IMG/VR virus record: IMGVR_UViG_3300009702_000009 | Span: 1 to 36,794 of that record | From: a virus | Length of the DNA: 36,794 bases | Strand: one strand, 5' to 3' | Shown: in pieces, positions 7,310 through 14,055 of the stretch | Layout: every line of letters begins with the position of its first letter | Numbering within the stretch: position 1 is the stretch's first letter | Position numbers and translations under genes: made by a program | The notes under the pieces: generated by a model | The model's input: the letters and a program-made list of their open reading frames with translations, nothing else | Told to the model about the DNA's origin: nothing | Database searches by the model: none

Positions 7310-7440
7310 AATGTGGTAAAGAGTTTGTTTTAAAGGAAGCTCATATAAGATATAGGATAGAGAATTATTGTGATATTTTTTGTCATGCACGTTATGAAGC
7401 TAAGATATATGCTAGAATGCGTAATGAGAAAAGTTTATAA
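7285..7440 (+). CDS. Zinc-finger ORF (CxxC...CxxxC, TRASH/FCS-like) lacking a canonical start
   Basis: The frame open from 7285 reads ..KCLECGKEFVLKEAHIRYRIENYCDIFCHARYEAKIYARMRNEKSL. It contains no ATG/GTG/TTG and is the -1 frame of 7124..7309. Confidence 0.35.
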   Translation: MRKIPKCLECGKEFVLKEAHIRYRIENYCDIFCHARYEAKIYARMRNEKSL

Positions 7441-7443
7441 ATA
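7434..7443 (+). promoter_or_regulatory. TATA-box-like 10-mer TTTATAAATA
   Basis: Exact 10-mer, 22 nt upstream of ATG 7466. Confidence 0.55.
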
Positions 7444-7465
7444 ATAAACATAAGAAAAAGTTATC

Positions 7466-7804
7466 ATGGCAAAACTAGAAAGAAGAGATGATGGAATATA
7501 TACACATTTTGAGAGCCAGTGGGAAAAAAATCCTGAACCAAGAAAACTCTCGGATGAAGCTGTAGCAAATGCTAAAGTTAAATATGAACAATGTATGACA
7601 GAAGCAGATAGATTACAGACAGAGTTAGATAATTTAGAAGTTCAAAGAACAGACCTTGAACAGAAACTCGTTGAAGTTAATACTGAATTAATAGATTTTA
7701 ATGGTGTCTTTGATGTTGAGGAAGAAGAATTAGAAATTCCTGCAGCTGAAGGAGAAGTTCTTGAAGGTTCAAATGAGGAAGTACCTTCTGATGTTAATCA
7801 ATAA
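7466..7804 (+). CDS. Acidic coiled-coil protein
   Basis: 112-aa ORF with an E/D-rich C-terminus. Confidence 0.5.
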   Translation: MAKLERRDDGIYTHFESQWEKNPEPRKLSDEAVANAKVKYEQCMTEADRLQTELDNLEVQRTDLEQKLVEVNTELIDFNGVFDVEEEELEIPAAEGEVLEGSNEEVPSDVNQ

Positions 7805-7809
7805 GAACT

Positions 7810-7819
7810 TTTATAAATA
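7810..7819 (+). promoter_or_regulatory. TATA-box-like 10-mer TTTATAAATA with no ORF downstream
   Basis: Exact 10-mer, about 20 nt upstream of hairpin 7840-7886. Confidence 0.45.
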
Positions 7820-7839
7820 CCTTTAATCATATAAGAGTA

Positions 7840-7947
7840 GCTAAGGGATAATTCTTATCTATCATACGTGGCAGAATATCCTTAGCCAAATACTTTTTTA
7901 AAGGGGACTTTTCTTTAATCATATGTCCCCTTAATTAACTACTTTTT
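7840..7947 (+). ncRNA. Candidate small RNA, or a tandem terminator pair
   Basis: Hairpin gctaagggata/tatccttagc (7840-7886) followed by T6 (7894-7899). Hairpin aaggggac/gtcccctt (7901-7932) followed by T5 (7943-7947). No ORF. Confidence 0.3.
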
Positions 7948-7954
7948 AATAATA

Positions 7955-8007
7955 GAAACGTTTATATATGTAAGTATTTACATTATAATTGGTGAAAGCC
8001 ACGTATG
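7955..8007 (+). promoter_or_regulatory. Promoter/operator/leader cassette, copy 2
   Basis: TATA 7961-7968, palindrome 7968-7983, GGTGA 7991-7995, ATG 8005. Differs from copy 1 by a few bases and a 1-nt deletion. Confidence 0.65.
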
Positions 8008-8124
8008 GAACGAAAATATTTAGTAAAGATTAATAGAGTTATAGTATATCTAATATTAGTGCTGTATGTCTTGGACAAAGAAAATCTGCACACAATTATT
8101 TATGGAGATATACAAAATGAGTGA
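8005..8124 (+). CDS. Possible 39-aa hydrophobic peptide
   Basis: Starts at the cassette ATG: MERKYLVKINRVIVYLILVLYVLDKENLHTIIYGDIQNE. Overlaps the next ORF. Confidence 0.25.
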   Translation: MERKYLVKINRVIVYLILVLYVLDKENLHTIIYGDIQNE

Positions 8125-8497
8125 GCCTGTTATACTTAAAAATAAGAAAGTGGGAGAGATTAAATGGGATAAAGAAAAGAAGTTCGGTGTTTATTACACT
8201 GATAGAAACCCTGAGCTTCACTATATGCGACTTTATTGTGGGTATGGTATATCTCAGTCAGTTTTAGATTATTTATTCAAGAGAGGTGTCTCAGACATTG
8301 TTATTAGAGCTAAAGGTGAAATTTATAATTATAGATTGAGTGAGTTCACTAATTCTGACTTATGTTATAATTTTGAAGGGAAAGATTTCCAGAGGTTTGT
8401 AAGTTTACCGGGTAAAGCATCAGAAGGAAAAGTATATAATAGTGTAAGTGCTAGTAGAGTTAATACACAAAAGGAGATGACAGATTATTTCAAATAA
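8066..8497 (+). CDS. Hypothetical early protein
   Basis: 143-aa ORF; an alternative start is ATG 8117 (MSEPVILK...). Confidence 0.5.
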   Translation: MSWTKKICTQLFMEIYKMSEPVILKNKKVGEIKWDKEKKFGVYYTDRNPELHYMRLYCGYGISQSVLDYLFKRGVSDIVIRAKGEIYNYRLSEFTNSDLCYNFEGKDFQRFVSLPGKASEGKVYNSVSASRVNTQKEMTDYFK

Positions 8498-8737
8498 ATG
8501 AATGAATGGATATTAGAGACAGAGGAAAACATTTTACAGATATATAATAAAGAATTGCATTACAATATAGTAATATCAAAAATAGTATGTTGGAAAGTAT
8601 CTAATAAGACAATCAAATTAAGATTATTAGGTGCTGAGACAATAGAGTTATCTTGTAAAGAATTTGAACAATTATATAAGTTAAGTTTAAAAATAAAGAA
8701 CTCAATAATTAATTATGTCAAAAACAATTCACTTTAA
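8498..8737 (+). CDS. Hypothetical early protein
   Basis: 79-aa ORF; ATG abuts the upstream stop. Confidence 0.45.
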   Translation: MNEWILETEENILQIYNKELHYNIVISKIVCWKVSNKTIKLRLLGAETIELSCKEFEQLYKLSLKIKNSIINYVKNNSL

Positions 8738-8864
8738 ATGTCTTATATGTGATTGGGAATTAAAGGAAGAGATTAATAGAGATTATGAATATCAAGAACT
8801 AAAAATGAGAATGTATGAACATGTAGATGAAAATGAGAATCATAGAGTTAAAAGAATTAAGTAA
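8715..8864 (+). CDS. Small CxxC protein, 49 aa
   Basis: Hand-translated MSKTIHFKCLICDWELKEEINRDYEYQELKMRMYEHVDENENHRVKRIK. Confidence 0.3.
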   Translation: MSKTIHFKCLICDWELKEEINRDYEYQELKMRMYEHVDENENHRVKRIK

Positions 8865-8866
8865 GA

Positions 8867-8876
8867 TTTATAAATA
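8867..8876 (+). promoter_or_regulatory. TATA-box-like 10-mer TTTATAAATA with no ORF downstream
   Basis: Exact 10-mer, 18 nt upstream of the outer stem of the 8895-9023 structure. Confidence 0.45.
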
Positions 8877-8894
8877 AACAAAATCCTAAATTAT

Positions 8895-9023
8895 TACTAA
8901 CAGTCCGAAAGGCACATAATTATCCAATCATAAGGAACAATGAAACATGGTATGGTGTTCGAGTAGGTGTTTCAAATGCTTTAGAGGTGCACTCTCTGTA
9001 TAAGCATTTTAAAACTGTTAGTA
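8895..9023 (+). ncRNA. Candidate structured RNA (about 130 nt)
   Basis: 10-bp outer stem tactaacagt/actgttagta (8895-8904 / 9014-9023). 8-bp inner stem aaatgctt/aagcattt (8974-8981 / 9002-9009) enclosing agag/ctct. Longest ORF is 8 codons. Visibly more G+C than its flanks. Confidence 0.35.
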
Positions 9024-9058
9024 TTTAAATTTGTCTTGGGGTAGCCCATTCCAAAACA

Positions 9059-9068
9059 TTTATAAATA
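9059..9068 (+). promoter_or_regulatory. TATA-box-like 10-mer TTTATAAATA
   Basis: Exact 10-mer, 19 nt upstream of ATG 9088. Confidence 0.6.
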
Positions 9069-9087
9069 ACAAATTCTAATAAAAGAT

Positions 9088-9372
9088 ATGACGTGGTTCA
9101 GAAAACTCACAAAAGTAGAAAAACGTAAACAAAGGGAAGACATTAAAGAACAACTATTAATATATGGAGTGCTTATAGTTATAATTTTAGTGGTGTTAGG
9201 TTTTTTTCAGTTTAGTTCACAAACTGTAGTGTCTAACGAAAATGAATCTTTTAATGATAGTTATATTAAAGAAGCATTAAATTATACTGAACCTTATCAA
9301 ACAGATATTCCTGATGATTTTGTAGTGCCTAACACAACAGAAATCATAAATACAACTAATATTTCTAATTAA
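9088..9372 (+). CDS. Membrane-anchored protein
   Basis: Basic N-terminus followed by LLIYGVLIVIILVVLGFFQF. Confidence 0.5.
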   Translation: MTWFRKLTKVEKRKQREDIKEQLLIYGVLIVIILVVLGFFQFSSQTVVSNENESFNDSYIKEALNYTEPYQTDIPDDFVVPNTTEIINTTNISN

Positions 9373-9424
9373 AAGTATTTATTATCGATAAGTATATAAA
9401 TTCTAAAAACCATTAAATTTATAA

Positions 9425-9631
9425 ATGAAACCTAGTGAAGTGCTCAAAAAGATTGCAATGAGGATAGCATCAGAACAGAATCTTGATTATTATAGTTTAA
9501 CTCCTAATCAAAAGAATGTGATTTATATTAGTGCTTTTATGGAATATATGGATAATTTACATGAAGAACAATCACCAGATAAAATTTATGAAAGATATCA
9601 AGACCAAGTAGACACAATAGATTTAAAATAA
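9425..9631 (+). CDS. Hypothetical early protein
   Basis: 68-aa ORF; tatataaatt lies 22 nt upstream. Confidence 0.45.
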   Translation: MKPSEVLKKIAMRIASEQNLDYYSLTPNQKNVIYISAFMEYMDNLHEEQSPDKIYERYQDQVDTIDLK

Positions 9632-9634
9632 AGA

Positions 9635-9784
9635 ATGGCAAAGTTTGTATATATAGGCAATAAGAGATACGCTTTTAAGAGAAAAGTGAATAATATAGAG
9701 AAAAAACAATTAGAAGAACACCCTCAAAAGACAAGTTTTTATTTTCAAAGAGCAGGAAGTAAATATAATTGGTATATGTTGTAA
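9635..9784 (+). CDS. Small basic protein, 49 aa
   Basis: Hand-translated MAKFVYIGNKRYAFKRKVNNIEKKQLEEHPQKTSFYFQRAGSKYNWYML. Confidence 0.35.
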   Translation: MAKFVYIGNKRYAFKRKVNNIEKKQLEEHPQKTSFYFQRAGSKYNWYML

Positions 9785-9793
9785 CTTTTAAGT

Positions 9794-9851
9794 AATACAA
9801 AGGTTTATATATGTAAGTATTTACATTATAATTGGTGAAAGACCACGTATG
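9794..9851 (+). promoter_or_regulatory. Promoter/operator/leader cassette, copy 3
   Basis: TATA 9804-9811, palindrome 9811-9826, GGTGA 9834-9838, conserved ..ccacgtATG ending at 9851. Confidence 0.65.
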
Positions 9852-9855
9852 AAAA

Positions 9856-9987
9856 ATGAATATAGAAAATTTATCAATAAGGGAATTAGAAGTTGTAAGG
9901 CTAATTCAATTACATAAAAAAGGTGTATTGAATTTAGAAGAATGTCTAAAAAAATTACAAGAAGCATTTAAAGGAGGGCCAGAATAA
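9856..9987 (+). CDS. Small protein, 43 aa
   Basis: MNIENLSIRELEVVRLIQLHKKGVLNLEECLKKLQEAFKGGPE. Preferred over the 22-codon ORF that starts at the cassette ATG 9849. Confidence 0.35.
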   Translation: MNIENLSIRELEVVRLIQLHKKGVLNLEECLKKLQEAFKGGPE

Positions 9988-9988
9988 A

Positions 9989-10162
9989 ATGAAAATATAT
10001 AAAAAAATACCTGAATATGCAAAATGTCAAATTTGTAAAACAAATGAGAATAAACTTTGTACTCTTATAGCTATTGATGGTACAAGTGAAAATAGAAATG
10101 AAGAAGCAAGTAAAAGTTGGGAAGAAATTTTAAAAGAAGAATTAAATGAGGTATTAAATTAA
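9989..10162 (+). CDS. Small CxxC protein, 57 aa
   Basis: MKIYKKIPEYAKCQICKTNENKLCTLIAIDG...; tightly packed with its neighbours. Confidence 0.35.
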   Translation: MKIYKKIPEYAKCQICKTNENKLCTLIAIDGTSENRNEEASKSWEEILKEELNEVLN

Positions 10163-10163
10163 A

Positions 10164-10367
10164 ATGAGTAAAGAAGAATTAAAAGATGAAGAATTAAGAT
10201 TTGAAGCAAACGAAGTAGCAAACGAGCATTTGTATCAAGAATTTAAAGGGATGTTACTTAGGGATGAAATCGTAGAACTTTTAAAAAGAGATTATCCTGA
10301 TATTTATGATGAGATTGAGCAGACTTTATTTGAACAATATAAAAGAGATTTTGGAGGATTTGACTGA
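10164..10367 (+). CDS. Acidic small protein
   Basis: 67-aa ORF. Confidence 0.45.
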   Translation: MSKEELKDEELRFEANEVANEHLYQEFKGMLLRDEIVELLKRDYPDIYDEIEQTLFEQYKRDFGGFD

Positions 10368-10537
10368 TGAAAATAGAATATAAAGAAACTTTCAAAGAGT
10401 ATGATGAAGCAATATTAGCAATTGAAGAATATATGAAAAGGTATCATCCAGCAGGATATAGTACTAAAGTGACCTGTTTATCTTTAGGGTATGATGGATG
10501 GACATTAAAGATGTCAAGATGGAGTAGTTGTGATTAG
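10367..10537 (+). CDS. Small protein, 56 aa
   Basis: ATG overlaps the upstream TGA. MKIEYKETFKEYDEAILAIEEYMKRYHPAGYSTKVTCLSLGYDGWTLKMSRWSSCD. Confidence 0.35.
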   Translation: MKIEYKETFKEYDEAILAIEEYMKRYHPAGYSTKVTCLSLGYDGWTLKMSRWSSCD

Positions 10538-10538
10538 A

Positions 10539-10991
10539 ATGAAAAAAGAAGAAATAATGCAAAAACTTAAAGAAGAAGAAAATAAAAGGGACTTTTCCAA
10601 ATCTGGAAGAGATGGAATTTTAGAGATTGGTAGGAAAGTATATGAATATAAAGGTGTTAAATATGAAATAGCAATAGCAATATTACAATATTACACTCTT
10701 AATCCTATCAATCTAAAAAGGAATATTGGTTGGAGAGAAGAAGGATTATATGCAGTAGTAGAATATCCTGAAGAAACAAAAGAATTAGTAAATGCCATAG
10801 AACAATTAAATCCCTATAGGGAATTTCTATATCATGACACATTACATACACACAATGATAAACAAACAATAGAGGAACAAGTAATAGAGTGTCATGATAT
10901 AGCTAAATGTGATATTGATAGCATACCAGACATAATTAAAGAATATGAACAAAAGATAGTAAAACTTAAAGAGGTAATGAATTATGGTTGA
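10539..10991 (+). CDS. Hypothetical early protein
   Basis: ORF track starts at GTG 10530; ATG 10539 is preferred. Confidence 0.5.
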   Translation: MKKEEIMQKLKEEENKRDFSKSGRDGILEIGRKVYEYKGVKYEIAIAILQYYTLNPINLKRNIGWREEGLYAVVEYPEETKELVNAIEQLNPYREFLYHDTLHTHNDKQTIEEQVIECHDIAKCDIDSIPDIIKEYEQKIVKLKEVMNYG

Positions 10992-11212
10992 AGTATTTCC
11001 ATTACAATATCCTAATGGTTGGAAAAGAACCAAATGTTAAGGATTTAAAAAATATAAGATGTTTAACACCAAAAGAATGTTTTAGATTAATGGGGTTTTT
11101 CAATGATGAAATAAATATCCAAGGAATACCTAAAACAAATGCTTATTTTTCAGCAGGAAACGGGTGGGATATTAATCTAGTGTCAAAGATATTTAAAAAA
11201 TGGATAAAATAA
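10988..11212 (+). pseudogene. C-terminal remnant (motifs IX-X) of a cytosine-C5 DNA methyltransferase
   Basis: IRCLTPKECFRLMGFF...AYFSAGNGWDINLVSKIF aligns with the R.LTP.E..RLQGFP ... GN.V pattern of Dcm-type enzymes. The frame is open only from 10970, and no FxGxG, PCQ or ENV motifs occur anywhere in the window. Confidence 0.55.
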
Positions 11213-11227
11213 TAATTAATCCATAAA

Positions 11228-11237
11228 TTTATAAACA
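11228..11237 (+). promoter_or_regulatory. TATA-box-like 10-mer TTTATAAACA
   Basis: One mismatch to the consensus 10-mer; upstream of the HNH gene. Confidence 0.4.
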
Positions 11238-11282
11238 GTGATTATAATCTTTAAGTATTATAACCGAACATTAACTGCACAA

Positions 11283-11873
11283 ATGGTAAAATATAAGGAT
11301 AAAAATAAATTAATACCCTCAAATAAGCTCTCAGAGTATGCTAAAATAAGAGATTATAGCCAGTTATATATGATTAATCCTAAAGGGGAAGTAATAAGCT
11401 TAAAATCGCTTAGAAAACTTAAACAGACAAAAAACCATTATGGATATTTAGTTGTTAATTTATCTAAAAAAGGAAAAGTAAAACAATTTAAAGTACATAG
11501 ATTGATAGCTGAAACATTTATTTCTAATCCTTTAAATAAAAGAACTATTAATCATATTAATGGTATTAAAACTGATAATAGATTAGAAAACTTAGAGTGG
11601 AGTACTTATTCAGAGAATTTAAAACATAAATTCAGGGTATTAGGGTATATTAATAATCGACCTAATAAAGATAAATTTGGTAAGTTACACCACAATAGTA
11701 AGAAAGTAAATCAGTATGATAAGAATATGAATTTAATTAAAACTTGGGGTAGTTTGATGGATATACAGAGAGAGTTAAAAATAAATAATAGTTCTATAAG
11801 CAATGTATGTTTATTGAAACCTAATTATAGAACTGCTGGTGGGTTTATATGGAGGTATATAAATGGGAAATAA
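11283..11873 (+). CDS. HNH homing endonuclease (NUMOD4/HNH_3-like with C-terminal DNA-binding repeat)
   Basis: HYGYLVVNLSKKGKVKQFKVHRLIAETF...INHINGIKTDNRLENLEWSTYSENLKH, plus C-terminal ..LIKTWGSLMDIQRELKINNSSISNV..GGFIWRY. ATG 11283 preferred over GTG 11238. Confidence 0.7.
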   Translation: MVKYKDKNKLIPSNKLSEYAKIRDYSQLYMINPKGEVISLKSLRKLKQTKNHYGYLVVNLSKKGKVKQFKVHRLIAETFISNPLNKRTINHINGIKTDNRLENLEWSTYSENLKHKFRVLGYINNRPNKDKFGKLHHNSKKVNQYDKNMNLIKTWGSLMDIQRELKINNSSISNVCLLKPNYRTAGGFIWRYINGK

Positions 11874-12141
11874 TGTTAGAAAGGACATAAAACTTATTTC
11901 AACAGACAAATTAAAGGATTATGAGAAAAACAATAAAGTTCATACTGAGGAGCAAATATCCCTACTAGTACAAATAATCGACAAATTCGGCTTTACACAG
12001 CCTTTGTTAATTGACAAAAATAATGTAATTATAGCTGGACATGGGAGAAAAATAGCTGCAGACAAATTAGGGATGAATAAATTACCTTGTATTGTGATAG
12101 ATGATTTAACAGAGCACGAGATTAAAGGTGAATTACGATGA
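11863..12141 (+). CDS. ParB/sulfiredoxin-like domain protein (92 aa, domain only)
   Basis: DKLKDYEKNNKVHTEEQISLLVQIIDKFGFTQPLLID..NVIIAGHGRKIAADKLG fits the ParB N-terminal domain, including the GHxR motif. Confidence 0.6.
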   Translation: MGNNVRKDIKLISTDKLKDYEKNNKVHTEEQISLLVQIIDKFGFTQPLLIDKNNVIIAGHGRKIAADKLGMNKLPCIVIDDLTEHEIKGELR

Positions 12142-12380
12142 TGAAGACTAGAGGTGTTATAATGGAAGTTCCTAAGTCAATTCAAAATAAAGGGTATAAA
12201 CACTATATAGATTTTATGTGGGAGAATAGACGAGAATTTATTGAGGAATTTGATTTAGAAGATTATATTTTAGTAATCTGTGAAAAAGTAAAAGAAGTCT
12301 ATAATTTTGATGACTGGGTTGTTAAAGGTTATATGAGGACGAAGAAATTAATAAATGGTAAAAGGGAAAAAATCAATTAA
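12138..12380 (+). CDS. Hypothetical protein
   Basis: GGTGA element 5 nt upstream of the ATG; 80 aa. Confidence 0.45.
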   Translation: MMKTRGVIMEVPKSIQNKGYKHYIDFMWENRREFIEEFDLEDYILVICEKVKEVYNFDDWVVKGYMRTKKLINGKREKIN

Positions 12381-12888
12381 AACTAAGTCTAAGGTCAAGG
12401 CAAAGACTAAGATTGCAACAGTAAGGAGAGGTGGACCATTAAAGAAAGTCATTAAAGAGAGTATAATGAAAGAATTATCTCAGATAGTTCAACAAGGGAA
12501 CATCTTAGGTGTAACACATCAACAATTAGCAGATAAATTCAGTTCAGAACATCAAGTAAATATCAGAAGGCAATTAATTAGCAATATGTTAGATGACGTA
12601 TATAAAAGCATTCCAGCTGAAGATATAGATAGCACAAGAGTTAAAATACAAGTAATGTTTGATAGATTATTTAGGGAAGTTCAAAAGATGATGCAGACAG
12701 CATCTAATCAAAGGGAACGTAAAGAGGCAATAGATTTATTATTAAGGTGTATGGATAGATTTACTGCATTTCTTGAAGCATTTGGTATTAAAGAGAGGGT
12801 AGCAGATAAAGTTGAAGTAAGAAGTCTTAATGTGAATTTAGATATGGTAGCAACATCTAAAGAGATATTAGCGAGTTTGAAGAAATGA
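12355..12888 (+). CDS. Basic HTH-containing protein (regulator or small-terminase candidate)
   Basis: K-rich N-terminus, GVTHQQLADKFSSEHQVNIRRQ HTH-like segment, helical C-terminus. Confidence 0.35.
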   Translation: MVKGKKSIKTKSKVKAKTKIATVRRGGPLKKVIKESIMKELSQIVQQGNILGVTHQQLADKFSSEHQVNIRRQLISNMLDDVYKSIPAEDIDSTRVKIQVMFDRLFREVQKMMQTASNQRERKEAIDLLLRCMDRFTAFLEAFGIKERVADKVEVRSLNVNLDMVATSKEILASLKK

Positions 12889-13205
12889 AATTAAACATAA
12901 ATACCATTTATAAATTATTAGAACCAGGAGATATTGAAGAGGCTAGAGAGTATTCTTATTGGGTTTGTATAGGTTTTAGAGATAATGCTTATATATTACA
13001 TAGTTTTGAGCAATGGGCATATCATAATGGATTAGGGGACCAATTAGATAGTATAGAAGACTTTGATGAAGAGTTTAATGATAATGAAGAACTTGATTTA
13101 AAACATTTTAAGAAATTTAATAGTCTAGAGGCGTTATATTATGTTGATAAGACAATAGATTATAGTAAACCTAAATCCCTTCGAAAGAAATTTTCTATAG
13201 TTTGA
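12885..13205 (+). CDS. Hypothetical acidic protein
   Basis: 106-aa ORF; ATGA overlap with the upstream gene. Confidence 0.45.
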   Translation: MKLNINTIYKLLEPGDIEEAREYSYWVCIGFRDNAYILHSFEQWAYHNGLGDQLDSIEDFDEEFNDNEELDLKHFKKFNSLEALYYVDKTIDYSKPKSLRKKFSIV

Positions 13206-13210
13206 TATCA

Positions 13211-13224
13211 TTTTCTCGAGAAAA
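13211..13224. promoter_or_regulatory. Perfect 14-bp palindrome TTTTCTCGAGAAAA
   Basis: Lies between the stop at 13205 and the TATA element at 13237. Candidate operator or terminator. Confidence 0.4.
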
Positions 13225-13236
13225 GCAATCAAAAAG

Positions 13237-13246
13237 TTTATAAATG
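13237..13246 (+). promoter_or_regulatory. TATA-box-like 10-mer TTTATAAATG
   Basis: 19 nt upstream of ATG 13266. Confidence 0.55.
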
Positions 13247-13265
13247 ATATCATTTGAGAGTATAT

Positions 13266-13397
13266 ATGGCGTATAAAACTATTTCTTTACGATTAACCAA
13301 AACCGATGTTAAACGATTAGATGACTTAAAGAGTATGTTAAATCAAAAAACTTACTCTAAAGTAGTTCAGAAATTAATACACCACACAAAAATATAG
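13266..13397 (+). CDS. Ribbon-helix-helix (CopG-like) protein, 43 aa
   Basis: Hand-translated MAYKTISLRLTKTDVKRLDDLKSMLNQKTYSKVVQKLIHHTKI, with strand-helix-helix pattern. Confidence 0.55.
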   Translation: MAYKTISLRLTKTDVKRLDDLKSMLNQKTYSKVVQKLIHHTKI

Positions 13398-13400
13398 AAA

Positions 13401-13631
13401 ATGGAATGGAAAACAGCAGCAATAATTAGTATAGTGATAAATATATTATTTGTAATATTATTTATTTTGGCTCTTAATATGGGTAACACCATGATAGAGA
13501 ACGAGAACACTTGTGCATTAAATGTATGTTCAGATTTAAATGAAGTTAGTTATTGGTATGATGAATATACAGATGTATGTACTTGTTATGATTTAAACCA
13601 AATTGAAACAAAATCACAATATTTAGGATAA
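13401..13631 (+). CDS. Membrane-anchored Cys-rich protein
   Basis: N-terminal helix AAIISIVINILFVILFILAL followed by several Cys residues. Confidence 0.45.
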   Translation: MEWKTAAIISIVINILFVILFILALNMGNTMIENENTCALNVCSDLNEVSYWYDEYTDVCTCYDLNQIETKSQYLG

Positions 13632-13632
13632 A

Positions 13633-14055
13633 ATGAAGGTAGTTAAGACGGAGACTAAAGGAAAAAATTATATCATAACATTACATGTTGATGATAGGAA
13701 ATTGGACCCTATTAAAGGTATTGAACCTAGTGTGGAATTATTGAATAATTTCATATTTAATAGTAAGAAAGAAGCATTAGAGTTTTATAGTGCGATTATT
13801 GACCAGAATAATATGGCTATTGCTGATAATGAAACAAGATTGGCACAAATGCCTAGAGATTCATTAGAGAAAGTGAATGAATTTGCTGAAGCTATTAATA
13901 GACATAAAGCGTTAAGTAATAAGAAAGCTGATAAAATAAGTGACTTAATCAAAGCACATGACAATATGCGTTCATTTGAGAAAAATATAGTTGAGATAAC
14001 TAAAAAGAATAAAGAAGTTAGTGATATTATTAAAGCAATCAAAAAAAATAAATGA
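13633..14055 (+). CDS. Coiled-coil protein, possible small terminase subunit (position only)
   Basis: Stop overlaps the terminase ATG (ATGA). No diagnostic motif. Confidence 0.3.
   Translation: MKVVKTETKGKNYIITLHVDDRKLDPIKGIEPSVELLNNFIFNSKKEALEFYSAIIDQNNMAIADNETRLAQMPRDSLEKVNEFAEAINRHKALSNKKADKISDLIKAHDNMRSFEKNIVEITKKNKEVSDIIKAIKKNK

Noticed and set aside
8950-8975. tRNA-like T-loop (GGTGTTCGAGTAGG) in the 8895-9023 region
   Set aside because: The flanking bases do not form a T-stem, and no acceptor, D or anticodon arms can be drawn. No tRNA is called anywhere in the window.
9849-9917. The conserved cassette ATG (9849) as the start of the first gene in copy 3
   Set aside because: It opens only a 22-codon frame (MKNEYRKFINKGIRSCKANSIT). 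The ATG at 9856 gives a more plausible 43-aa helical protein. The conserved ATG may simply be part of the leader element.
11863-12141. ParB-like ORF as a truncated ParB-methylase fusion
   Set aside because: The downstream frames show no methylase motifs, and stand-alone ParB/Srx-like domains of this size exist. Truncation cannot be supported from sequence alone.
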